Source: Selaginella moellendorffii
Taxonomy: Eukaryota; Plantae; Lycopodiophyta
Length of the DNA stretch: 64,000 nucleotides
NCBI RefSeq assembly: GCF_000143415.4
Contig: NW_003314305.1
Coordinates: 743,709 to 807,708 of the forward strand
Reading direction: 5' to 3'
The notes beneath the pieces are model-generated. The model did not search any database. It was not told the DNA's origin and worked only from the letters and a program-made list of their open reading frames with translations. This document shows, in pieces, positions 35,090 to 46,719 of this stretch. Each line of letters begins with the position of its first letter. Within the stretch, counting starts at the first letter, position 1. A program made the position numbers and the translations under genes.

Positions 35090-35307
35090 GCCTCCACACT
35101 GTGCCCTCCAAATGAGCTGACGGTCTAGCCAATGCTTTTGTTGTATTGACCTTGTCAAGAAACCCCTCATCCAAAAAGTTTAAAGTTATCTGGACGAATC
35201 TAAAAAGCATCTTACTGAAATTATTTCTTTTTCACGATGTCCATACACTTGGAAAAAATCTTTATCTTTCTTATAGTACAAAGAATAAAACTCCAGCGCT
35301 CTTGTCA

Positions 35308-38300
35308 CTATGGAGGAGGTTTTGTGACGCGTTGAGCGCCAAGCTTCATGGGCGCTGCTGAGCTTCGTCCTCGGCCTCGTCCAGCACCGCCCAAGCCCAT
35401 GGCCCCCAAAGATACGTGCTGTCCCTGCCTTACTCTCGACTGAGTTGAAACAACTGGCCGTGGTTTCGTCGATGGAGGTGGCGCAGCGATCTCGGCCCAC
35501 GGATCCTCGTCATCGCTCACTTGGGTTTTGCTTGCTTGTCTAGCAACCGTTGCTCCTGCGAAGCAAAGAGAAGAAATGAGAAACGCAGCGGAGGAAAAAG
35601 TTGGAGACTCTCTTACCAGTGGTTGTTTGCTCGGGGCCGTTTGTGTTCGCATGGGACGGGCGAGGTGCCGATGCGATGGGACGCTGTTGCGCAGCTTGTA
35701 TTCTCGACAGCGATGGAGTTGCTGTGGCAGCTGCCGAGTCTTCCATGTCGTCCCATCCATCTCGTTCGTCGTCCGCTCTTTGGTCGTCGGCTACGCTGTC
35801 GAAGAAATCTTCGCTCAAGGAAGTGCTGGGCTGGCGTGCTGGCTGGTGATGCTCCACAGAAGGCGCAGCGGCAGCAGTGGCGGCGATAGGCTCCGATGAC
35901 ACGGTTGAAAGAGTGCCGGATGTTTGGCTCGGTAGATCGGGAGCCTTGGTCTTGAGAGAGCTCACAGCCCAGCTTTAGACGACAAGAGATAGTCAGCTAT
36001 CAAAAGTAATAAGCATTACAAGGACGTACCCGAGAAGGCCTGACGTTGCGACAGGGAGAATACTAGCGTTATCACTGGGACTCATTCCATCCTCGAGCTG
36101 CTGGTAAGTGATGATTTTTTTAATCAATTTTCGATGTGGAGAATGCTTACCTTGTTGTGATGCCTCCTGACAAGCTGCAAGAATGTTTCAGTAGCTTCAA
36201 AGGCTTTAGTCCTCACGTCACTGGACATTATTGACAAATAGTGAGGCAACTAGAATAAAAGATGAAAAACTTTTTGAAACCTGTCAGCATCGATTGTCAA
36301 ATTAACAAGGCTGGGTAGCACCCGAGTAGCAATCTCTACCACATCGTAGTATTGGCTTGTGGCTGTGAGGGCCATAATACCTTATCAAATGAACAAATCA
36401 GTAACACATTGATTAAAGAAGGAAAGAGCTCAAAGAGCTCAAATGCATACCAGCACCCCTTGCAGGAGCAAATCCATCCCTTAGAGCCCTCACCGTGAAC
36501 GCGTTGATCAAGACTCTTTTTCTTGTCTACATGAAATATCTAACTTGAATGGAAGAAAATACAAAAGGAAGAGCTTACAGAGTCGTTAAGAAGGCCGGCA
36601 ATGTTTCCCAGTAAAATTGTAGTGTTCGTTCGTATCGCAGGTTCTTCGTCAACCTGAAATGCGTCATATAAGAATCAGACTATAAGAAAAAAGAAGAGAA
36701 AAAGGAACCTGCAATTTCGATAAGTGTTTCAACAGAGATCCCGTAATGGTTCTTTGAGACAACTGCTTTCAGAATGAAGGTTATAATGGTCTTTGACATG
36801 GGAAAAAAAAAAAAAAAAAACCTTTGGTGCAAGAATGAGCATTGACTTCAACGTTAGTTCTCGTAGCAAGGCAGAAGTGTCCGAAAAACCAGTCGCCAAA
36901 TGCGGAAAAACCTGTGCAGGCATTTTTAGTTTTTAGATTCGAGTGACTACAGAACTCAACTTGCTCATCCAAGAGTTGAGATGGAAAAGCATTTCCATAC
37001 TGATCAATGTTTTGCAATAAACTTGCTCGAATAGCACGGTCGGTCGACGCAAAAAGTTTTACAATAGTCGGCACAACCTATGAATAAAGAGAGTCAGGCG
37101 CTTTACAAATAAGGAGAAAATGCAGAACGACGGTGCAGTGTTGCCAATCCAAAACTTGAAAGAAATAAAAGAAAATGCAGTACGAGCACATACGTATGGT
37201 CTATGACCTTGGATGTTAGTTCGTCTTGTGACAGCCAGGCCCCCATTTTCAAAAACGGAGTTAACGCAGGAGCTGCTGCGGACCCAAACTCCAGAGCTGA
37301 AGCCACCATTGGAAGAATCTGGTCGTGAAAAAAATGAGTCCAGCACTAGCTGGGAAATGCCGTACCTTTTTCAAAACTATTTGCCGAGGAAGCTGTTCCA
37401 CAAGAGTTGACAGCTTTCTAAAAAACGAGTCTTTTTCAACACTATCCTTCAGGTTCAGGACCTCCATGAACTGGATTGTTTCCACAAGTTTATTTTGAAA
37501 GAAATCTGCGCATCAAAACGAGTAAATATAAAATAGTGCTGGACAATATTACCGCTGTTTTCTATCAACTTCGAAGGATTTAGTCTCCGTGAGGGCTGAG
37601 AGCTCAGCAACCTTTGATAATCGGGCAACAAATTCTGCAACGTAATGTTAATACTCTACTATCACTCCGGCCGCCACAAAACCTTGGGAATTGGTGCTGT
37701 GTTTCGTAAGTCCTCCGTTTTTGCCAGATTTGTGTTCGAGAATAGCTCGTATATCAAGCATCCTACAGCAACCTTGCATCACTTCTCGAAAACAAATGAA
37801 GTCGAAACGCCCACCTAGACCCCACGCATCCAGCGCATATTGAGGAGATTTGCGAATTAACGCCCAGTCGGCTTTGGCAAATTCTAAAGACTTGTACTGG
37901 CTCCCCACTAACCATTCATATTGCTGCTCACACGAGGAAGTACCCCATCAAAACTACATCAGTGAGAAATACAAGGCACTACTTACCAGCATGGGTCCAG
38001 ATGCCTCCGGATTCGCACTATCAAACTCCGCAAGCACGTCGAAGCCATGAAGCTTCCAATCCAGTGCGGGAGTAACCACAACGGCAGATAAACATACATT
38101 TCCATGTACCTGGAAGACAAAACTCAAACAAAACTCTTAGAAGAACAGTACAAAGAGCTTACCAATTTGCAGTCATTGTTGAGGAAGCTCACGGCCTTGG
38201 AAACTTGATGCAATCCCCAGGCGAAATACTCATCCCTGTAAACAACCAAGAAGCTCTTCGTGAAAAGAAAAACGCAAGAGGGATACCATTACTCACCTTT

Positions 38301-38769
38301 GAGTGCCTATCAAGCCCATATCCTTGATTTTCTCCGCTAGAGGCATCACGGGCTCAGTCACAACGTAAATGGTGATCTTCCCTTCCACTCCTTCCACTTC
38401 GGTGCTATGGAGGAAGGATAGAACATTTGGATGCCGCACCTGGAAGCACCAAATCAGTCTCCAACCAAAAAGAACGAAATTCTCCACGCTACCGTTCTAA
38501 GGCGCTTGACACCATTGCGCGCTGGCGCTAGCCGACCATCCTGAGCGCCAGAGGCCGTGAAAGAGAAGATCGACACGGGGGAATTGTCCTCCTGTGAAAT
38601 ATTTCCAGATCTACATTCACAAATCTAGCAGCATGGAGCGCACCTTGGATGTTCCCTGGCAATGCGTCCATGATCCCCAGCTCGCGGCGTAGGGATCGCC
38701 GATGCTGTATGGGAGATCCTTGATCCCGCCAGCGGCAGATCCAACCACGCCCTTGAGGAACTTGAGCAT
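35308..38769 (-). CDS. SCYL1: SCY1-like pseudokinase with HEAT repeats (SCYL1/Cex1-type), multi-exon
   Basis: [87 protein letters not shown]; low-complexity tail ending PMKLGAQR. Confidence 0.93.
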
Positions 38770-39082
38770 CGCTACCGTATGAAAAAAACCCTACTTCTCA
38801 CATGGTGACGTGGCAATTCTTTCTAGGGCTTTTACTCTAAAGTGCTCCGAGCTGGCTAGTACACGTTGGACTCCGACGTGGACGCATCTGGTTCGTCGAG
38901 CCCGCGGAATTCTTGTCAGGCACACGCAGGAGAATGAGCTCTCCGAGGGACAAGGCGCTCGAGTGGCGCTACTCATCGCCGGGCGCTCTGGAGCTCCGGA
39001 GCTGCCAGCCGCGGGGCAATGACGCTTGAATTCCAGGCTGATCGATGATCTTGCCGCGGGATCTTAGGGTTTTAGCGGCTCC
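38770..39082. promoter_or_regulatory. Putative bidirectional promoter
   Basis: 313 bp between divergent ATGs. Telo-box-like AAACCCTA (about 38786) and TAGGGTTT (about 39065); TGACGTGG at about 38806. Confidence 0.45.
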
Positions 39083-41636
39083 ATGGCGCGGCGGGAGCGG
39101 CAGTGTGACGCCGGCGGCGTCCCGGAGCATCACCATCTCTATCTCCTCGTTTCTCTCCAGATCGGGTAAGTTTGTTGGGGAATTCCACCGGCATTTCGGA
39201 GTCGCATCGTTTGCTGTGACAGGGATATCCAGTCTTATCGATCGGAGCTCTTCCTCTTCATGCCCTGCGATAATGCGAGCCTAGTGTTCTTGGTGGACAA
39301 TGGACCATGGAGTGTGAGCAAATCTCTAGGCTTGAGACCGACAGAATTTTGGCCATTCGTGGTGGCGAAGGTCTGAGATTCTTTTTCTTCTCTTTCTCGT
39401 TGGAGCTGACGAAGAACTACTTTGGTTCTCTCCACAGTCGAGAGTGTCACCTTTCGCAAACCAGCGTTTGAGTAGCAGGAGTGATAAGCTGGAGATGGGA
39501 GGAAGTGGTGGTGACTCCATCAACGTTGGGCTCAAACACTTACACCTCTACAACTGGGACTCGATCTATGGGATCATCCGGCGACACTACAAGAGCCTGG
39601 TTCACTCGGGAATTCTCTGCCCGCAGTTCCACGGTTGCGTGGGTTTCGAGGTTTCTTGGGCTGACGTCCGAGGCATGAACTACACAAACGAGCTCCAGGT
39701 AAGTTGTTCTTCGTTTTCTTCTTTTGATCACGTACTAAAGGTTTTCAAACAGACAGATACTTGTCTCTCGTTGGAAGTGAAACAAATGCGAAAGAGAGAA
39801 TTCGACTGTCTCGAGCACGCGTTAGATTTTTACGGGTCGCACTGCGGTCTGGGAAGCAAGCAGAGTGGTAAACGGGGAAGATGCCAGGCCGATATTTTTG
39901 TGGACGCCGATAGGTGCAAGAGACAATGCGTAGACGAAGATGGTGTTGATAGATACGCAGCGGATGGCGGATTTTTCAGTCCCGTACGACAGGTCTGGCC
40001 ACCCGAATCCGAGAGCACTGTCACTGACGCCGAGAAGGACATAATGGACTTAACTCTGGAAACAGATCTTCCGTGCAGCCCATACTCCCCGTCAGATGAA
40101 TCCACTCAGTCGCCAGTGTTCTGTTCTCGACGAAAGCTGCGCAGCAGTCGAGACGAAGCCACAAAACATTCGCCAGAGGTTCCAGTGGCTCACATTTACA
40201 AGGACGCGCTGGTAGTGTTCAGATTTTCGGACCCCCTACTGCCGTTCGAGCTCAGAGACATAATCACGTCGGACCAACGTCTGCTGAAGATGCTCGAGTC
40301 GGGGCTTTTCCCCTGGGTCATTTTCATGCAGTCGTATCCAGTGTTCTGCAACATATATCGGCCGTGGATGCGACCTCTCGCCAGGACCATCTACTTTCTC
40401 ATTTCGGTGGTGACGGTCATGATCGGCTTCTACGACTTGTACAAGAACGTCCCCGTCCTGAAAGCAACGGCGAGTCATATGCTGGGGCCACTGTTCGAAT
40501 GGATAGAGTCCTGGGAGATGGTTTCTCGGCTAAAGTACCTGGGGACGATGCTGGTTCTACAGAACTACGAGAAGGCTTTTGCGTGGGTGTTTCTCATCGT
40601 CAAGTCGGTGCGTCAGCTCGCCTCGCTTGTCATGAAACCCGTCATGGAGCCGCTGCAGCTCTTGTGGAGTTTCTTCCTTCCGTTTTGGGCGACTTTTGTT
40701 CAAGGGACGCAATCTCTGCAACTCGTTTTGGAAAGCTTCTTCGCGTCCACGCTGTGTGCGGTTTCTTACGCCTTAAGTTTTGTGACTTGGCCGTTCTGGG
40801 TGCTGCTGACAACAGTGACGAACTTAGGTGAGCGACTTAAGCTTAATGGTGATTGATTTGTTATGCAACTAACACTCATCGATGCTTGTTACTGCAGTGT
40901 CTTCGATTATGGGGCCTGTGCTACCGGCTTTTCGCGTGGTTCTTGTTCTTGGAGATTATGCTCGACAGTATGCTGCAGCAATATGGACTTCCTTTTCGCA
41001 GGAGCTCCTGAATTTATTGAAGCAGTCCTGGACAGCCACAAGCCAATCGTTTCAGCTATGGACAGCGAGTTCCGCAGTGCAAACCTCTCGGACACCATCG
41101 ATGTGGAGGATCCTCTGGGATGATCTCTTCTCAAAGGTACTCTTTTTTATTTCCTTTTCCACCAGAGTTTTCACTTCCAACTTCGCCTTTTATATAGGTG
41201 TTTCGAGCTGTAAGATACATACTCAATGGTCTGGTCGCATTCTTTACTGCGCTCAACCGCCATCGCTTGAGGTAGAAAGTTTTGGCAACTACTTTCTGAT
41301 ACGAGTGTTAATTTCTTCCAGCATCTACAACAACATAGTGGCGTTTTTGGTTCGATTGATTGTGGTGGTAGAATCTGGAAGGCGCCTGCTGACCGATACT
41401 TGGCAGCGTTTCCATCCAAACTCCAGTAGTGCCAAATCCAAATCCAAGGCAATCACGACCGGCAGTGGCAGCAGTAGCAGTCTCGGCAGTAGCAGCACTC
41501 CGAGCAACCAGGCAAGTTCTTTCTTTCTATCGCGAGCTAGCTTAGAAAATCTCATTCTTCTTCGTCTTCGTGGATTCTTCTCACTCTCCTTTTTTTTCTC
41601 TCTTTTTTTTTCTTGGCTTAGATCAAGGAAGACTGA
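39083..41636 (+). CDS. Conserved plant protein of unknown function with C-terminal hydrophobic segments, multi-exon
   Basis: SLQIG|DIQSY..ELFLF..LVDNGPW|SRVSPFAN; LLKMLESGL.PWVIFMQSYPVFC..YRPWM; IGFYDLYKNVPVLKATA. The 3' end is inferred from splice sites. Confidence 0.8.
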
Positions 41637-42038
41637 CCTGACAACGCGCGACAGTTTTGCAAAATTTTGCGCTCTCTCCAAACGAGACGAAAGTGTGTAT
41701 AGAGAATGTGTAAAGTTAAAATTACAATGGAATCTTTGCGGTGGGCCGGAATTGAACGGCTCACCTGTGACTCGAATCTTGGAATATTTTCCGGGAATCT
41801 AGTGGCGCGTATTAATCAACGGCCGGCGTTGCTCAGGGGTTTTTGGGGTCCATCGATGCGTGTGGCGAGCGCGGCGAGCATGCGAGATTGATTCTCACTC
41901 CTCCACTCTTCTCGATCCTCTCTGCATGGATTGAAAATCTCTCTCTCCGATCGCCGCGGCTCTCATCTCCGCGAGAAATATTTCGGCCGGGATCGCGGGT
42001 CTTTTTCTTGCTCGATCTCGGAATCCCGGGCGGCGGCG

Positions 42039-44054
42039 ATGGCTTCCCAGGTCGCTGTGAAGAACGCGCTGGTGAAAGGCGCGCTGGTGGAATGGGAGCG
42101 CGGCAATAGCAAATGGGGGCTGTGGGAACAGCTCCGGTTCATGGCGATGATCGTGCTGTGGGTTGCGGCATGGATCGCGAGGGCGCTGCTTGTCTTCTTG
42201 CCGCAGCATTTGCCGACAGCAGGGATTCTTGGCGTGATCGATAGCGTGAGCAAGACAACGGGCAGTATTTTTCCTGTTTCGGCCGAGGACGAGGATGGAT
42301 CGAATCGGCGGACTGTGTGGTCCGGCCAGGCAGGCGGCCTGGCCAAGTGTGCCATCGGCCGCGCGCTCTCCCAGGTCAGTTTCTCGGTTCTCTGGGCTCT
42401 ATAGCGGGAAATCCTTGTTTGATACTAGAATCAGAGCTGAATTTTTGGTCGTTTCTCTGGAGAATTTTTTTAGTGTTCTTGGTCGTTCCAAACTAGTTCT
42501 AGTTTGAGCGAAATTTCTTTTCTAATGTCTTTGGCATCTTACTTTGAGCTTGTAGAGAGTTTTTTAGTGTTTGTAGTGGTTTAGTAGTTTCTGTCGATTC
42601 CTCTTTTTAGTTCTGTGCTAAGTGGGGTCGATTGTTCTTTTTAGTTCTGAGCTTCTAAGGTAGTATAGCTTTTTTCTCTCTTGGGTGGAACTGATTGTTT
42701 TTTTTTTTTTTTTTTTCCAGGTCCTAGAGCTTGTCAACGACATACCAGCATCGTCCCGGAAGTATGAATTCGCTCGATCACTCGCAGATAAAATGATGTA
42801 CGACAACGTCGAGCAAGGTGGCCAGTCTCTGCGCGAAGTGAACAGGATGGCTCTCGAGACCGGCTTCTTGCGAACAGTCTACATGCTGGCGAGTTCTCTC
42901 GAGGGCTTGCACAGGCAGCAGCAGGTTGAGGCGTGGGGATGGCCGTGGAAGATGATCAAAGGACTGCCCATGGGTGCGGCTTCGCTCTCGTGCCAGTTTG
43001 TGCCGGTGCTCGCGACTCTCAGGAACAGGATTGGCAGCGTGATGCAGTCGCAGTGCATGCAGATGATGGCTCCTCCGCCGTGTCCAAGCGCGGAAGACAG
43101 CGAGGTGGCGGAGAAGCTTGCGCAGGAGCTGCTGTGGATGTCGCAGAGGCTGAAAGAGAACAACGGTTTGGAAGTGGCCATCTTGCACTGGAGCTCGGCG
43201 GCGGGGCTCGCTGGGCAGTCGGTTTGTGCCAATCTCAGAGTTCAAAGGCTGCTTGTCAAGCTCTCAGGTCAGTCTCGAAGCTTTTTGCTTTCACCTTTCG
43301 TAGATTTCTAGTCGTAGTTGTCTAGATTCTTGCTTAGTTGTAGACGCCACGCTTGCCTGTCTCAGTTATCTTCTTCTTTCGTGTTCTTCTTTATGTTTTC
43401 CTGATGGAGTGTCAAAACTTTCCTCTTGGCTAGCTTTGTGTTGTACTGTTTTCTAGCATTGTTTTCTACTTTGCTTTCTCTTGCCTGGCCTATAAGCTGG
43501 ACTTCCTTGCATGGCTGATCAAAGCGTACAAAGCAGCAGCTTGGACGTCTTCCTTTCGCTTTTTCTCTTCATAGCTTGAGGTACTGATAGATTTTTATCT
43601 TTCTTTTTTTCCAGCTTTCTTGTGCTCGGGACTGATCGCCTCCGAAGTGGAGCCACCGTCGGAAGTAACACTCAAGCTGCTGCTCCTGTGGCTGCCACTC
43701 TTCTGCCGCTCCACGCACGGAATCGACGCCACCATGTTCACCTCCGCCGAGAAGCACGAAGCCGAGCGAGTGCTGGAGCGGACCATCAAGCTCCTCCCCG
43801 ACGCTCAGCAAGAGCTCGTCCTGGCTCTCTGGCTCAACGAGTTCGTCCACTCCTCCTCGGACTGGCCCAACCTGGAAAGCTGCTACGACGCTTGGTGCTA
43901 CGCCACTCGCAAGCTCAACTATGCTCCAATCGAGGATGGCTATGACGACGATCAAGGTGGTCTCATCATCGAGGAGGAGGAAGCTGCTAGCGATCGAGAC
44001 AACAAGATCAAAGCTATCAAAGCCATCGACAGCAGCGCCGCCAAGGTCGATTGA
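42039..44054 (+). CDS. Plant protein related to the C-terminal region of At3g05675-type BTB proteins (At5g64230-like), 3 exons
   Basis: AIGRALSQ|VL...IPASSRKYEFA..LADK, AEKLAQELLW, LLLLWLPLFC, QELVLALWL, DWPNLESCYDAWC...RKL. Confidence 0.8.
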
Positions 44055-44123
44055 AAATGGAAGAAAACTCTAGATTGATTAAAGGAGAGGAAATAGTTTA
44101 GTTTGTGGATTAAGAAAGCTTTG

Positions 44124-44185
44124 TTAATAAATAAGCAAGTTATAGATAGTTTACTTAATAAATAAGCAAGTTATAGATAGTTTAC
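44124..44185. repeat. 31-bp perfect tandem duplication in a 3' UTR
   Basis: TTAATAAATAAGCAAGTTATAGATAGTTTAC twice; includes AATAAA. Confidence 0.9.
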
Positions 44186-44364
44186 ATCCAACGGCTCTCA
44201 TTGTTGTAAGTTTTTGATGCCGTGTTGGCTGGATCGTGGCCGTCGGCAGAGGCAACGGCTGAAATTTGATTGAGGTGTCAACGGCGCGGATTGCGTGATG
44301 GTTACCATTTTCTAGGGTTCTTTGAATCCATGGAGGTTAGTGTAGACTGACGCTGCGCGGGGCA

Positions 44365-46575
44365 ATGGGGAGGTTTGGAGTGATCGGTGCTGGCGAGAGG
44401 CTGGATGCCAAGCCTGGGGAAGCTACCGCTAGTGAATCCGAGGCGCTCAAGGAGCCTTTTCTTGTGATCGATGCCGGGGATGCGAATTCCGAGGATGCTG
44501 CTCTAGCTGAAGCTTCCACTGAGCGTGAAATCGGCGGCGGAGATCGTCCGAAGGAGAGGCTGGCGTCGCTCGATGTGTTTCGGGGATTAAGCATTGCGGT
44601 AAGCGGAGAAACAGTAGAGAAATATTTGGTTGTTCTGAGACGATCGTCCACAGATGATGATTTTGGTCGACAATGCAGGGGGCGAGTGGCCAGCGATCAA
44701 TCATTCGCCGTGGAATGGAGTCACTCTAGCTGATCTCGTCATGCCATTTTTCCTCTTCATCGTTGGAGTGGCTCTGGCTCTGGTCTATAAGGTGTTCTTC
44801 ATTGTGTCTTTCTAGATTTTTCCGTGATCACCATGACGCTTTCCTCTCGCAGAAAATTCCCAGCAAGCTTGACTCCACCAGGAAGGCCATACTTCGCTCG
44901 CTAAAGCTGTTCTTCTTGGGTGTTTTCCTACAAGGTTAGCTCGTCCTTTGAGTATTGTTTTGCTTATGTGAGTGTTGTAGGTGGCTACTTCCATGGAGAA
45001 AACGATTTGAGCTATGGAGTAGACTTGACGCTCATTAGATGGTGCGGAATTCTCCAGGTTTGCTTCGCCACGCTCGATTGTGTAGTTCTTACTAAACGTT
45101 TTCCCACCAGAGAATTGCATTTGTTTACTTGGTCGTTGCGTTGTGTGAGGTCTGGTTACCAAGAGTGCAAGGATCATACTTTGGGTTTATGCAAAACTAC
45201 CTCTTTCACTGGTATAACAGCTGGGTCTGCTTCTCCATTTCCTCACGTTTTTTTTCCATTTTTGTGCTTTCAGGATCTTCGTCGTCGTGACACTGACAGT
45301 TTATCTATCACTTTTGTATGGACTTAAAGTTCCTGACTGGCAATTCGAGCTACCAAATAATAGAAACATAACAATGACTGTAAGTTTGCGAATCTTTTGT
45401 CTGATGATATCGACTTGCAGAGTTTTCAATTCTTAGGTGACTTGCGGTACCAGAAGTAATCTTGATCCTCCCTGCAACGCTGTTGGCTACGTAGATCGAC
45501 AAATATTAGGAGTTAATCATCTTGACCAGCGACCTGTTTTTATACGTACCGAGGTATTCACATTTGGTTTTAGCTCTTTCATGTCTCATCTCTATTTATT
45601 TATTTATTTCCTTTTTTTTTTGTTATCGCAGTCTTGTAGCATAAATTCTCCTGACTATGGACCCCTTCCTGCGGATGCTCCTGTGTGGTGTCACGCGCCA
45701 TTTGATCCAGAAGGAATCCTAAGGTAGCATTTTTAATCATGTCTTGCGTTCTGATATCTTTTTGTGTCACACTAGCTCTGTATCAGCAATAGTAACATGC
45801 TTTATTGGTCTGCACTATGGCCATTTTATCGTCCAATGCAAGGTACTTGTCATCCGCCCTTGGTTTTATATTCTTGCTGATGCCTGGGAATGGATGTTTC
45901 AGGAGCACAAACAAAGGATTATAAACTTCATCGTCCCAGCATTCATACTTTTGGCTCTTGGCTATGTCTTGCATCTGCTTGGTACGAGCGCTTTGTAGTT
46001 TATGCTCATTAAAATCATTTGCTTTGCACCAGGGATTAAGATGAACAAGCCGCTCTACAGCTTCAGCTACATGTGCTTCACTGCCGGTGCCGCTGGAGCC
46101 GTTTTTTGCTTACTTTACATCCTCGTATGTCTCCATTCATGCTCGTCTCCAGATATTTTAATCCATGCTGCTCGTTCCAGGTCGACGTTTATGACATCCG
46201 GTATCCAACTTTGCTGCTGGAATGGATGGGAATGAACTCGCTGATCATCTACACGCTTGCAGCAACCGATGTTCTCGTGGATTTCATCCAAGGATTCTAC
46301 TGGAAGCAGCCGCAAAAAAATCTGGTACGTAGCTTCTCCTCGCAAGTTTGTTCTCGTAAATCTTGGGAGCCTTGGATTTCACAGATAAGCATTATAGGAG
46401 AGCTGTTGGTAACGCTCTCGACGTTTTGCAGGTGACATTTACGCGAGAGCACGTATTTTTCGCGATGATTCCATCGCAAAGATGGGCCATGCTTGTGTAC
46501 GTTTTGTTTGGCATCTGTTGCTGGTGCGTGATCGCTGGAGCTCTCAAAGCCAAGGGAATATTCTGGAAGTTTTAA
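44365..46575 (+). CDS. HGSNAT: Heparan-alpha-glucosaminide N-acetyltransferase-like membrane protein, multi-exon
   Basis: RLASLDVFRGL, MILVDNAGG.WP.INHSPWNG..LADLVMPFFLFIVG, CNAVGYVDRQILG, APFDPEGIL, MNKPLYSFSY, WMGMNSL, GIFWKF*. The start codon is uncertain. Confidence 0.93.
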
Positions 46576-46598
46576 GAGTTTAAAGAATTTCTAGTCTA

Positions 46599-46700
46599 GG
46601 GTATCGAACTTGAAACCTCGTACGTCCTGGGATTCGAACTGGAGATCCTACACGTCCCGGGATTCGAACTTTAGACCTTGGCAGTCCCAGGATTCGAACT
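46599..46700 (-). repeat. 30-bp-period array of four tRNA B-box-like motifs
   Basis: TCGAACT ends at 46610, 46640, 46670 and 46700. The - strand reads AGTTCGAATCC(C), the tRNA T-loop / Pol III B-box. Confidence 0.88.
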
Positions 46701-46719
46701 TGTCCCATTTGAGAAAAAT

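Noticed and set aside
46585-46600. Helitron 3' end at CTAG
   Set aside because: No properly spaced GC hairpin or matching 5' TC terminus could be identified.
46599-46700. CRISPR array
   Set aside because: The units are 30-bp tandem repeats whose variable parts are homologous to each other, not unique spacers. There are no cas genes and the context is eukaryotic.
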